From an uncultured delta proteobacterium (GTDB lineage Bacteria > Myxococcota > Myxococcia > Myxococcales > Myxococcaceae): a stretch of DNA of 64,000 bases. Location of the stretch: contig CAVQKE010000004.1 of NCBI GenBank assembly GCA_963713045.1, positions 288,001 through 352,000 on the forward strand, read 5' to 3'. Positions within the stretch are counted from its first letter, which is position 1, and every line of letters begins with the position of its first letter. The notes beneath the pieces are model-generated. The model was not told the origin of the DNA. It searched no databases and saw only the letters and a list, made by a program, of their open reading frames with translations. Below are positions 1 through 8,983 of this stretch, piece after piece. A program made the translations under genes and the position numbers.

Positions 1-125
1 CAAGGCTCCCGCGGCTTAGATTGACGCTACGCGTTATTTCGGGTTGACCAAATTAGCGCGGCGCGTTAATAACGCTCTGCGCCTGGGCGGAGCGCTGAAT
101 TCCTCCCGCCCTTGAGGACACAGCC

Positions 126-512
126 ATGGCAAAAACTGACGTGCAGGGGTTTGTGAAGGGGCAATTTACCGTGGCGCAGAAGCGCCTGGTGGCTTTCGAA
201 GCAGAGGCCGAGAAAGTCCTGAAGAATCTCATCGCCCGGGGGCAGGACTCGCGCAAGGAGTTGGATGCGCTTCTCGAGCGGCTTAGCGCCGCGGAGCTGA
301 AGGTCCTCAACGGCTCCATCCGCGAACTGGCGAAGCGGGCGCAGGACGCCTCGGCGGAAGCCCGCAAGAAGCTGGAGGAGTTTCAGGCGCGCGTCCTCGA
401 AGCCGCGGGCGTTGCCAGCCAGCACCAAGTCCGTGCCCTCAAGGGGCAGCTGAACAGGCTTTCCCGCCGGCTGGACAGCATCGCCGGGGATAAACCGGAC
501 GCGCGCGCCTAA
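126..512 (+). CDS. Phasin/PhaF-like (PHA granule-associated) helical protein
   Basis: 128 aa amphipathic helical protein. GAGG upstream of ATG. C-terminal 'GVASQHQVRALKGQLNRLSRRLD' resembles the PhaF/PhaI 'VP(S/T)xxdvxxL' segment. Confidence 0.6.
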   Translation: MAKTDVQGFVKGQFTVAQKRLVAFEAEAEKVLKNLIARGQDSRKELDALLERLSAAELKVLNGSIRELAKRAQDASAEARKKLEEFQARVLEAAGVASQHQVRALKGQLNRLSRRLDSIAGDKPDARA

Positions 513-636
513 AGCCGGGTCCAAAGCGACCTGGTCGTTGGGGCGACTTTCGAGCGTTGTGGCGCTGGGCACCTTACACTTGTCCACGCGCAGTCGCTTT
601 TTCCCCACCCTGACGGGTGCACGCTGGAGCCTCCTC

Positions 637-984
637 ATGGCGGAAGACAAGGAAAAACGGCCCCTTAGCGACGTAGTTGAGCGCATGTGGGGGCAGGCCC
701 TGGTGGCCGTTTCCTCGGTGGAGGAGGAGGCGGCACAGCTGGTGCAGCGTCTTCAGGCCGTGGGCGGCTGGAGCCAGGATGAAGTCCGGCGTCAGGTGGC
801 GGAGCTATCCGAACGGTTGGCAACCCAGCGCCAGGCGCTGGAGAAGGGGATTGAGGACGGCGTCCGACGGGCCGTGACGCGGCTGCGCGTCCCTCGACGC
901 GAGCAGCTTCAGGCCCTGCAGGTCCGGCTGGACCGAATTGCGGCCCGGTTGGAACAACTCGACCAGCGACGCCCACCCAGCTGA
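637..984 (+). CDS. Phasin family (PhaI/PhaF-like) protein
   Basis: ATG at 637 inside ORF 538-984. 'RMWGQAL' N-terminal motif and 'RLRVPRREQLQALQVRLDRIAARLEQL' C-terminal motif. Confidence 0.65.
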   Translation: MAEDKEKRPLSDVVERMWGQALVAVSSVEEEAAQLVQRLQAVGGWSQDEVRRQVAELSERLATQRQALEKGIEDGVRRAVTRLRVPRREQLQALQVRLDRIAARLEQLDQRRPPS

Positions 985-1031
985 GACACCCGACTTTTTC
1001 CAAGGACACGCCCCACAGCCCCTTCAGACCC

Positions 1032-1709
1032 ATGCGCCGCCTCCTCTTTCAGCTGCACGCGCTCTCCTCGCACTGCGCGGTGCTTCCGCTGCTGGCCGGG
1101 CTCCTCGTCCTGGGGGCGGCGCGCGTCGCGGGCGTGGTGCGGGGTCCAGCCGTCGCCCCAAGGGTGGAGGTCGCCGCGTCGACGGCGCCGGACCAGGCCC
1201 TGATTGACGCAGTCCTGGCGAAGCGGGCCCCAGAGCTGGGCCTCATCCTTCGGACGCAGGTGGGCCGTGCCATTGCCGAGGAAGCCCGGCGGGCCGGCTA
1301 TGACCCTCTCCTCGTCCTCGCCATCATCGACGTGGAGAGCGAATTCGACGAGGGCGCGGTCAGCTCCGTCGGGGCCCGCGGCTTGATGCAGATTCGCCCC
1401 AACACCCTCCAATTCCTCGCCGAGCGCGAGGGGTTGCGGCTGTCTCCCGAGGAGGTCGCTGCCGACCCCGCGCTCTGCGTCCGGCTGGGCATCCGCTACC
1501 TGCGCTGGCTGCAAGAGCGCTTCGGCGGAGAGCTGGAGCTGGCGTTGATGGCCTACAACGGAGGGCCGGACCGGATTCGCCAAGCACTGCGCTCTCGCGA
1601 GCTGGACGCCTACCGCTTCTACCCTCGGCGCGTGAAGCGGCGCTTCGTCAGGTTCCGGACCGGCGAAGGCCTGGCCGGCGATTGGGCGTTCGCCCAGCGC
1701 GAGCGCTGA
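1032..1709 (+). CDS. Lytic transglycosylase, SLT domain
   Basis: Motifs 'AIIDVESEF' (catalytic Glu), 'GARGLMQ', 'ALMAYNGG'. N-terminal hydrophobic segment. Confidence 0.9.
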   Translation: MRRLLFQLHALSSHCAVLPLLAGLLVLGAARVAGVVRGPAVAPRVEVAASTAPDQALIDAVLAKRAPELGLILRTQVGRAIAEEARRAGYDPLLVLAIIDVESEFDEGAVSSVGARGLMQIRPNTLQFLAEREGLRLSPEEVAADPALCVRLGIRYLRWLQERFGGELELALMAYNGGPDRIRQALRSRELDAYRFYPRRVKRRFVRFRTGEGLAGDWAFAQRER

Positions 1710-1768
1710 CCCCTCGGCGGCTTGCAGCCGCTGGCGCGGCGTGGCAATCAGATGGGTTGGGCCTGCCG

Positions 1769-2227
1769 ATGTTCAACCTCGACGACACCGTTCGTGCACT
1801 GGACGCCACGCGCGAGCAATTGGCGGCGCTTTTCCAGAGCATCAACGCGCCCCACGTGGCCATTCCCGGTCGACGCGCCGGGCCGGCCCAGGCCTTCATC
1901 GCCTGCCTGCGCAGCACCCAGGGATTCACCGTCAGCGTCTACCTGTGGCTGAGCGAGTCCCATGATTGCGCGGCGTACCTCACCGAGCGCGTCGCGCAGA
2001 CGCCGGAGGACTACCGCACGCTGCAGACAGACGCGCTGGCCTTTGTCGAGTCGATGGGTTTCATGATGGACAACCTCAACTACCGGGCCTTGCCCCCGGA
2101 GCGTCAGACGGAGGTGCTGGTCTCTCTACCCATGTACCGGGGCAAGGCCAACACCGCTGCAGCATCAGGGGAGAGGCCGCAACTGTCATCCACCGCGCGG
2201 CTGGCCCGTCTCTTCTCATCCTTCTGA
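1769..2227 (+). CDS. Conserved myxobacterial protein encoded directly upstream of tgl
   Basis: ATG at 1769. 'SINAPHVAIPG..AGPAQAF', 'FVESMGFMMDNLN' and terminal 'RLFSSF' match my recollection of the ORF preceding tgl in myxobacteria. Ends 2 bp before the next ATG. Confidence 0.65.
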   Translation: MFNLDDTVRALDATREQLAALFQSINAPHVAIPGRRAGPAQAFIACLRSTQGFTVSVYLWLSESHDCAAYLTERVAQTPEDYRTLQTDALAFVESMGFMMDNLNYRALPPERQTEVLVSLPMYRGKANTAAASGERPQLSSTARLARLFSSF

Positions 2228-2229
2228 AA

Positions 2230-3024
2230 ATGCCCAACCATTCCGTGTTGCTTCGAGCGCTGTTGGGAGCCGCTCTCCTCAATGTCGGCTGCCAGCACGG
2301 CCCGGACCCCAAGGCGCAGCGGGCGGCGGAAATTCAGAATGACCTCGCCGTCGGCTCCCTCAACCAGGGCGACTTCCAGTCAGCCTACCAAGAATTTCAA
2401 CAGGCCGTGGCAATGGACGACACCCTCGCGGACGCCCACAACGGCCTCGGCTTGGTGCTCCACCTCAACTACCAGAAGACCGCCGAAGCGGAAGTCCAGT
2501 ACAAACGGGCCATTGAGCTTCGGCCCACCTTTTCCGAGGCCCGGGTCAACCTGGGAAACCTCTACCTGGACGAAGGCCGCTACGACGAGGCGATTGCCCA
2601 GTACGAGGTCGCCCTCAACGACATGCTGTACCGCACGCCCCATTTCGCCCAGTCCAACCTTGGCTGGGCGCTCTACAAAAAGGGAGAGACCGAGAAGGCG
2701 ATTGAGTCGGTGCGGGCCGCCGTCACCGCCGTCCCCAACTTCTGCCAAGGCTGGCGGACGCTGGGGATGATTTACGAAGGCAGCGGCCACACCGACAAGG
2801 CCTGCGAGGCTTTCGCCGAGTACGCCCAGGACTGTCCAGCCGTGGCCGATGCGCACCAGCAGCTCGGCCTGTGTCGCGTCAGACTCGGCCGGACCGAACT
2901 GGCCCGAGCCAGCTTTGCCGCCTGTGTCGAACACGCCGGCCCAGGTCCGCTTCGCGAGGATTGCGTCAGTTACCTCACCCGCCTCGGCGGAAGCCTGCCG
3001 GCCCCGCCGGTCGCCAAGCCCTAG
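2230..3024 (+). CDS. tgl: TPR lipoprotein Tgl (PilF/PilW-like pilotin for the type IV pilus secretin)
   Basis: Lipobox LLNVG-C, ~6 TPR repeats, 'YRTPHFAQSNLGWALY', Cys-rich C-terminal TPRs. Position next to recO. Confidence 0.8.
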   Translation: MPNHSVLLRALLGAALLNVGCQHGPDPKAQRAAEIQNDLAVGSLNQGDFQSAYQEFQQAVAMDDTLADAHNGLGLVLHLNYQKTAEAEVQYKRAIELRPTFSEARVNLGNLYLDEGRYDEAIAQYEVALNDMLYRTPHFAQSNLGWALYKKGETEKAIESVRAAVTAVPNFCQGWRTLGMIYEGSGHTDKACEAFAEYAQDCPAVADAHQQLGLCRVRLGRTELARASFAACVEHAGPGPLREDCVSYLTRLGGSLPAPPVAKP

Positions 3025-3070
3025 GACGGATGCCGGTGGAGGCCTTCACCCTTGCGGCTGCCCATTCTTA

Positions 3071-3805
3071 ATGGAGCGCTTCGTCGACGAGGCGCTGGTC
3101 CTCGGCACGGTGGACTATGGCGACGCCGACCGTGTGGTGACGCTTTTCACCAAGGGGAGAGGCAAGTTGTCGGCCTTCGCCGCCGGGGCCCGAAAAAGCC
3201 GCCGCCGCTTCGCCGGTGCGCTGGAGCCCTGCACCTGGCTCCGGGCGCAGCTGGTGGAGCGGCGGGGCTCCACGCTGCGGCTGGATGGCGTGGACGTGGT
3301 CCAGGCCTTCGCCGGACTGCGCTTCGACCTCTCCCGCATCGGTCGAGCGCTGTACGTGGTCGAGCTATGCCGAGAGCTGTTGCGCGACCAGGAGCCGCAT
3401 ACCGAACTCTTCGACGTCACCACCCGCTGGCTGACTCTCCTCGAGCGGGGCCAGGCCGGCCCCACCTCACTTCTGGCCTTCGAACTGGAAGCCCTCTCTC
3501 TCGCCGGACTTCAGCCGCGCTTCGACGGATGCTCCGTCTGCGGGGGCGCCCTCGGCGGGGACCCTCGCTTCGACGCTGCCCACGGTGGAGGGGTGTGCGC
3601 CGGATGCCAGTCCAGAGCGCCCGGGGCCGCCCGCGTACCTCCGGAACTGCTCGCAGCACTGGCCAGCCTGCAGGCCGGGGAGCGCAACCCGTTGAGTCCG
3701 CCGGTGCGAGACCGGGCGCGGGCGCTCCTCAACGCCTTCATCTCCCACCACCTGGGGCGAGAGCTGCGCGGCGTCGACTTCCTTCGCCAGCTGGGCGTCG
3801 ACTGA
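3071..3805 (+). CDS. recO: DNA repair protein RecO
   Basis: 'DYGDADRVVTLFTKGRGK..A.GARKSRRRF' N-terminus and a CxxC..CxxC zinc finger. Confidence 0.95.
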   Translation: MERFVDEALVLGTVDYGDADRVVTLFTKGRGKLSAFAAGARKSRRRFAGALEPCTWLRAQLVERRGSTLRLDGVDVVQAFAGLRFDLSRIGRALYVVELCRELLRDQEPHTELFDVTTRWLTLLERGQAGPTSLLAFELEALSLAGLQPRFDGCSVCGGALGGDPRFDAAHGGGVCAGCQSRAPGAARVPPELLAALASLQAGERNPLSPPVRDRARALLNAFISHHLGRELRGVDFLRQLGVD

Positions 3806-3833
3806 CGGCCGCGCGCCTCCCGGTGGGACGCTT

Positions 3834-5324
3834 CTATGGGTAGTCCTCGGCCGGACAGGTGCCGGACAGTGGAGAGCACGCGCTGAAGTACACGTACGGC
3901 TGCCCATTGGGGCCAGCGCAGTAGGTGCTGGTTGGCTCATTGACGGTCGGGAAGCTTTGACAGGTGACTTGTGTGCCGTCGCTTCCCGGTGGACAGGCCT
4001 GCCCCAGCACGCAGTCGCCGTAGATGATGCCGCTGCAGCCGAAGCCGCTTGGGCAGTCCGCGTCGGTGGTGCAGGTGCTGCCACAGAAGTGGGCCGTCGT
4101 CCCCTCGACGATGAATTGCAGACAGGAATAGTTGCTCAGTGAATTGCAGTCCCCGACTTGGTCGAAGCAAGCCTGGCAGTTGACGTTGCTGGGGTTGTAG
4201 CTGCACGTCCCGTCGGCGTTGCAGTAGGAGTTGACGGGGCATGAGTCGTTGCTGATGCAGGAGGACTGGCAGCTGCCCAGGACCGGTGGACTCACCCCCA
4301 GGTTCTCGCCGACGCAGGACGGCTTGGAGACGTCGGCGGCAACCGGCTGAATCGGGCAGTCCGAATTGGCGTAGCAGCCGGGAATGCACTGGCCGCCCTG
4401 ACAGACTTCGGCAAAGCCGGGGATGGGGTTGGGTTGAATGTAGTTGCAGTCGGCATTGGTGGCGCAGGCGCCAACCACCACCGGAAGGCAGACGTTGGTG
4501 TTGACGTTGCAGAAACTGCCCGCCGGGCAGTCCAGGTTGGTGGTGCAGCTGGAGGCCGACTGGCAGAAGCCGAGGCTGTTGCAGTAGTCGCCGGCTGGGC
4601 AGCCGCTGCTGTTGAGGCACTTGCAGGCGCCGGAAGTCGGGTCGCAAAAGGCGTTGGCGGGATTGCCACAGGCGTTGGGATTGGTGCTGTCACAGACGCA
4701 GCGTTGGGCGTTGGGGTCCTGCACGAAGCCAGCCGGGCAGCAGCTATTGCCGGAGCAAACGCAGGCCCTGACCGAGGCGTTGTAGGTGTAATTGGTGGGA
4801 CAGCAGGATGTCTCCGCGCAGATGCAGGAATTCCGGGTGCTGTCGAAGACGTAATTGACCGGGCAGCAGCCGTCGGACTGGCAGACGCAGGCGCCGGCGT
4901 CCGCGTCGTAGCCGAAGCCCGCAGGACAGCAGAAGTCCGCCGCGCAGCGGCAGCCTTGCTCCACCGCGTCGAAGGTGTAGCCGGTGGGACAGCAGGATTG
5001 ACCGCTGCAACCGCACATTTGCTGCGCAGCGTTCCAGACGTACTGGGCCGGGCAACAGGCTGACGCGTGGCAAACGCAGGCGTTGCTGGAAAGGGAAAAT
5101 TGGTAACCCGTCGGGCAACAGCTGTCACTCCGGCATTCGCAGCTGCCGCTGTTGCAGACGTAGCCCGCGGGGCACCCCTGGTCGGCGAAGCACTGGCAGC
5201 TGCCGCCATCCACGTTGTCGCCGTCGAGGCATAGTCCGCCCAGCGCCGTCCTCCCGCACCCGGTCAGCAAGCCCAGCCCCGCCAGGGCGATGAGCAGCGG
5301 GCGAAGTGGGGCAGGGCGGCTCAC
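3834..5324 (-). CDS. Cys-rich repeat lipoprotein
   Basis: GTG at 5324, just after the upstream stop. Lipobox LLTG-C, seven 21-aa CxCx4CCP repeats, then 'CxxxxDC' Cys-rich modules. Confidence 0.85.
   Translation of the reverse strand: MSRPAPLRPLLIALAGLGLLTGCGRTALGGLCLDGDNVDGGSCQCFADQGCPAGYVCNSGSCECRSDSCCPTGYQFSLSSNACVCHASACCPAQYVWNAAQQMCGCSGQSCCPTGYTFDAVEQGCRCAADFCCPAGFGYDADAGACVCQSDGCCPVNYVFDSTRNSCICAETSCCPTNYTYNASVRACVCSGNSCCPAGFVQDPNAQRCVCDSTNPNACGNPANAFCDPTSGACKCLNSSGCPAGDYCNSLGFCQSASSCTTNLDCPAGSFCNVNTNVCLPVVVGACATNADCNYIQPNPIPGFAEVCQGGQCIPGCYANSDCPIQPVAADVSKPSCVGENLGVSPPVLGSCQSSCISNDSCPVNSYCNADGTCSYNPSNVNCQACFDQVGDCNSLSNYSCLQFIVEGTTAHFCGSTCTTDADCPSGFGCSGIIYGDCVLGQACPPGSDGTQVTCQSFPTVNEPTSTYCAGPNGQPYVYFSACSPLSGTCPAEDYP
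4701..5141 (-). repeat. Seven in-frame 63-bp (21-aa) degenerate tandem repeats, CxC-x4-CCP-x2-[YF]
   Basis: Units CECRSDSCCP, CVCHASACCP, CGCSGQSCCP, CRCAADFCCP, CVCQSDGCCP, CICAETSCCP, CVCSGNSCCP start exactly 21 aa apart. Confidence 0.9.
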
Positions 5325-5325
5325 G

Positions 5326-6459
5326 TCAGTTGGAGATGGCGTAGAGGATTTGAACCTGCGCTCCGGGAGGGGGGATGTAGGCGCCCTGAAAGACGACACT
5401 GTTGGTGCTCGGCTGGTACTGCCAGCCGTTGACCACATTCTGCGGAATGGACATGCCGTTGACGGTGACCGACAGCGTCCCGGCGGCCGGGGGCAGCGTC
5501 AGCGGGAACACTTGGCGGAGGGTGTGGAGAGCTTGGACGATGCGCAGCAGGGTGGCGGCGAAGTCGGCGTCACAAATGCTGCCCACCACGCCCCCGGTGC
5601 CAAAGGAAACCGCGGCGTAGCGGGCTGCGGGCGGTGCCGCGCCCCCCAGCTTTCCCACGTCGATGGCGGGCGTACACCCGTTGGGAAGGTCGCCCCCCAG
5701 GGTCGAGAACGTCACCAGCCGCTCGTTCCCCGGGCCCTTCGCGCCCTGGTAGAAGCGCGTGTAGTAGTCGGGGTCTCCGTAGCTGGCATCCTCGCCGTTG
5801 GTGACGACGATGACGGCCAGCGCCGCGCTCGGACGGACGAAGCCGGCATTGCTGCCTCCGGGGGCCGCGTTGGGCGCACTCAGGGCAAGCTCGCCCATGC
5901 GCAGGCCCTGGTCCCAGTGAAGCAGCGTCGCCGGGAAGTTGGTGAGGTCTTGGAAGACGGCAGCTGCGTTGGGGGTGGCGTTGGTGATGATGGTGGTGCC
6001 TGGCGCCACAGTCGTGCTCTGCCGCAACTGCCCGGCGAACATTTGCCCAGGCACCACGCCCAGTGGCGCATTGGGGTCCTGCAGCATGGTGACCCCAATT
6101 TGGTAGTCGCTCTGGATGGCCACCAATTCATTGAGGAAGCCCTGAAAGTCGCTCCCTAGGGTGGTCCGTTCGTCCGCCATCGAGCCCGAGGCGTCGATGA
6201 CCCACAGGATGTCGACCACACCATTGGTTTGGGTGAAGACGTCAGTCTGAAAGGAGGCCAGTGCGAGCGGGTTGGCCAGCACCACCTGGCCCACCGTTTG
6301 TCGGTCCACCACCGGCGGCAACAATTCGATGGGGGAAAGCGTCGGCGGAGCCACCGCGGGAACCGTCGACCCAGTCTGGCTCGCGCTTCCGGCTTTGTCG
6401 CAACCCAAAAAGGCGAGCGCGATGAGGACCGGCAAGGGTACAAAGAGTGCGCGCGCCAT
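5326..6459 (-). CDS. VWA-domain lipoprotein
   Basis: ATG at 6459, lipobox AFLG-C, MIDAS 'VDILWVIDASGSM', 'GFVRPSAALAVIVVTNGED', C-terminal beta-rich domain. Confidence 0.85.
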   Translation of the reverse strand: MARALFVPLPVLIALAFLGCDKAGSASQTGSTVPAVAPPTLSPIELLPPVVDRQTVGQVVLANPLALASFQTDVFTQTNGVVDILWVIDASGSMADERTTLGSDFQGFLNELVAIQSDYQIGVTMLQDPNAPLGVVPGQMFAGQLRQSTTVAPGTTIITNATPNAAAVFQDLTNFPATLLHWDQGLRMGELALSAPNAAPGGSNAGFVRPSAALAVIVVTNGEDASYGDPDYYTRFYQGAKGPGNERLVTFSTLGGDLPNGCTPAIDVGKLGGAAPPAARYAAVSFGTGGVVGSICDADFAATLLRIVQALHTLRQVFPLTLPPAAGTLSVTVNGMSIPQNVVNGWQYQPSTNSVVFQGAYIPPPGAQVQILYAISN

Positions 6460-6547
6460 AGAGACGAAGTGAGGCGAGCATCCCGTAGCCCTCCTCAACT
6501 CGCAAGCTTCGGACCAAGTTGGTGCTAGCCTCCTCGTCACGAGGGAA

Positions 6548-7897
6548 ATGCGTTCCGTCCTCCCGTTCCTGCTTGCCGCCTCGACGCTGTCGGCGTGCAA
6601 TTGCAGCAGCACCGGCGCCGCTCCGCCGCCCACGCCCGTCACGCTCGTCTTCACCAACACCTCTTCCGCCGGCGTCTTCGTCGACGCCACCGACGCCACC
6701 TACGGGCTGGTCATCACTCCGCAGGGGTCGCCGGTGACGGCGCCGCCGTACTTCGAGGTGCTTCCGACGGCATGCACCTGTTTGAGCTGCGCCAACATTT
6801 GCGGGTCGGGAGGTTGCCCAGGCAACGTCTGCCAGCCCGAAGCGGCCGCCAACCCAATGCTGCAGCTCCTCGCTCCGGACGCGTCGGTGGAACGGCAGTG
6901 GTCGGGCGTCTACCTCAACCCCTCCCAGCAAACCTGCGGGCAGATTGGGGGGAGCCAGGCGTGCTTGCAGCAGACCAATGACACTCCCACAGACACCTTC
7001 ACCGCCCGCGTTTGCTATGCGAGCTCCGTCCCCGGCGGCGAGGCGGCCGATGCCGGCGTGCCATTCTCCGGCGCCCTGCCGAATGATGCTCTCGTGTGCG
7101 CCACCCAAGACTTTCAGCCCGAACAAGGGACGGTGTACCTGACGCCGCCGCCGCCGGTGTCCTGCAGTGACGGGGGCAGTTGCCCCAGTGGACAGCTGTG
7201 CTTCTCCGCCGTGTGCACCACTGGCTGTCCTTCCAATGACTTTCCCCCCTACGGCAACGGCTACGTCGTCAACATCAGCTCGCCCTCCGGCCCATTCTTC
7301 CTTCAGACGTCGGATGGCGGGAGCACCGTCTCCAGTGGCACGGGAGCGGTCACCGCGGTGGCCTACCAGAGCGGCACAACATTTCTCAGCTTTCTCACCG
7401 ACGGCGGCCTGTTTACTGGAAACATCAACTTCACCGTGCCCCAAGTCGGCACCAATTGCTGCTACGAGGCCTTTCATCCGCCGGAAACGCTGACTGTCAC
7501 CCTGACCGAGACGCCTCCTGGCAGTGGCAATCGCGGCCTCGTCCTCCGCGACGTCAACGGCCAGCTGCTGGAGGCGGTGGACATGGCCACCCCGACGCCC
7601 CTGCTCGACTCCTCGGACACCGCCCCCTTCACCGTCACCCCGTCCGCCACGCCTGCCGGCTGCGCCTCGGTGCAAATCGGCTGCAATGCGCTTTTTGCCG
7701 GCACCGCCTTCAGCACACCCGGGGGCTTGGCGCCACTCGTCCTGCCCGGGCAAGTCGTCGCCCTCGGCAGCTCGGGAGCCAACTTCGTCGTCCTCAATGT
7801 CACCAACACCAGCTATTTCCCGACGTCGACCGACCAAACAGCCTGCAATGGCCTCACCCCGCTGCAGCCCTACCTCATTCTCAACACCCGTCCGTAA
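6548..7897 (+). CDS. Cys-rich lipoprotein of unknown function
   Basis: GAGG before ATG, lipobox TLSA-C, Cys clusters, Thr/Pro-rich beta-type sequence. Confidence 0.8.
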   Translation: MRSVLPFLLAASTLSACNCSSTGAAPPPTPVTLVFTNTSSAGVFVDATDATYGLVITPQGSPVTAPPYFEVLPTACTCLSCANICGSGGCPGNVCQPEAAANPMLQLLAPDASVERQWSGVYLNPSQQTCGQIGGSQACLQQTNDTPTDTFTARVCYASSVPGGEAADAGVPFSGALPNDALVCATQDFQPEQGTVYLTPPPPVSCSDGGSCPSGQLCFSAVCTTGCPSNDFPPYGNGYVVNISSPSGPFFLQTSDGGSTVSSGTGAVTAVAYQSGTTFLSFLTDGGLFTGNINFTVPQVGTNCCYEAFHPPETLTVTLTETPPGSGNRGLVLRDVNGQLLEAVDMATPTPLLDSSDTAPFTVTPSATPAGCASVQIGCNALFAGTAFSTPGGLAPLVLPGQVVALGSSGANFVVLNVTNTSYFPTSTDQTACNGLTPLQPYLILNTRP

Positions 7898-7909
7898 AGC
7901 GCCGCCGGC

Positions 7910-7936
7910 GGAGGCGTGGAAACCCTTCCCGCCTCC
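7910..7936 (+). terminator. GC-rich hairpin after the lipoprotein gene (possible terminator)
   Basis: GGAGGCG-T-GGAA-ACCC-TTCC-CGCCTCC. Only a short T tail. Confidence 0.4.
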
Positions 7937-7966
7937 TTGACCCGCCGAGGCGGCGCTCCCTAAGGT
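7937..7966 (+). promoter_or_regulatory. Putative sigma70-type promoter for glyQS
   Basis: TTGACC-N18-TAAGGT, ~40 bp upstream of the glyQ ATG. Confidence 0.4.
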
Positions 7967-8008
7967 CCGCCGCCCCCGATGGTCCGCCCCGAGCGGACCG
8001 GCAAGCCC

Positions 8009-8983
8009 ATGTACTTTCAGGACCTCATTCTCGCGCTGCAGAAGCACTGGGCAGCCCAAGGGTGCGCCCTGCTTCAGCCCTATGACGTCGAGGTGGGAGC
8101 CGGCACCATGGCCCCGGCGACCTTTCTTCGAGCGCTTGGCCCAGAGCCTTGGAATGTCGCCTACGTCCAGCCCTCGCGACGGCCGGCCGACGGCCGCTTC
8201 GGGGAGAACCCGAACCGCCTCTTCCAACACCACCAATTCCAGGTGCTGCTCAAACCCTCACCGAAGAATGTGCAGGCCCTCTACCTCGACTCGCTGCAAG
8301 CCATCGCCATTGACCCCCTGGCCCACGACATTCGCTTTGTCGAGGACGACTGGGAGTCCCCGACGCTGGGGGCTTGGGGACTCGGTTGGGAAGTCTGGTG
8401 CGACGGGGAGGAAATTACGCAGTTTACCTACTTCCAGCAGTGCGGAGGCTTCGAGTGTCGTCCGGTATCCGCCGAGCTGACGTACGGGCTGGAACGCATT
8501 TGCCGGTATTTGCAGGGCGTTGACAGCGTGTACCAACTGGAGTGGGCGCGCGGGGTGCGCTACGGCGAGCTGTTCCACGCCAACGAAGTGGAGATGAGTG
8601 CCCATGCCTTTCGCGCAGCGGACGTGGCAATGCTGTTTACCCTCTTCGATGCCTATGAAAAGGAATGCCAGCGCTTGCTTCGCCAAGACTTGCCCCTGCC
8701 GGCGTATGACCAGGCCCTGAAGTGCAGTCACATCTTCAACCTGCTGGACGCGCGGCGCGCCATCTCTGTCACCGAGCGGCAGGCCTTCATCAAGCGCGTG
8801 CGCGACAACGCCCGAAGCTGCGCCGAGGGGTTTCTCCGTTCGCGAGAGCAGCTCGGCTACCCGCTGTTGAAGACGGCGTGGACGGTGGGAGAGCAGCCCC
8901 TGGCGCTGGAGGGGGCCCCGGCCTCGGCTTACTGGAAGACGGTGTCTTTCCAAAAACAGGCGGAGCCCGAGCGCCATGGCTGA
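8009..8983 (+). CDS. glyQ: Glycine--tRNA ligase alpha subunit
   Basis: 'MYFQDLIL', 'EVGAGT', '[18 protein letters not shown]', '[19 protein letters not shown]', 'ELTYGLER'. Confidence 0.98.
   Translation: MYFQDLILALQKHWAAQGCALLQPYDVEVGAGTMAPATFLRALGPEPWNVAYVQPSRRPADGRFGENPNRLFQHHQFQVLLKPSPKNVQALYLDSLQAIAIDPLAHDIRFVEDDWESPTLGAWGLGWEVWCDGEEITQFTYFQQCGGFECRPVSAELTYGLERICRYLQGVDSVYQLEWARGVRYGELFHANEVEMSAHAFRAADVAMLFTLFDAYEKECQRLLRQDLPLPAYDQALKCSHIFNLLDARRAISVTERQAFIKRVRDNARSCAEGFLRSREQLGYPLLKTAWTVGEQPLALEGAPASAYWKTVSFQKQAEPERHG

Noticed and set aside
5326..6459. Calling the VWA lipoprotein cglB
   Set aside because: It shares only the general VWA-lipoprotein layout and has few Cys. Orthology cannot be shown by eye.
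7898..8008. T-box or glycine riboswitch upstream of glyQ
   Set aside because: Only ~110 bp, with no T-box consensus. A hairpin plus promoter explains the region.
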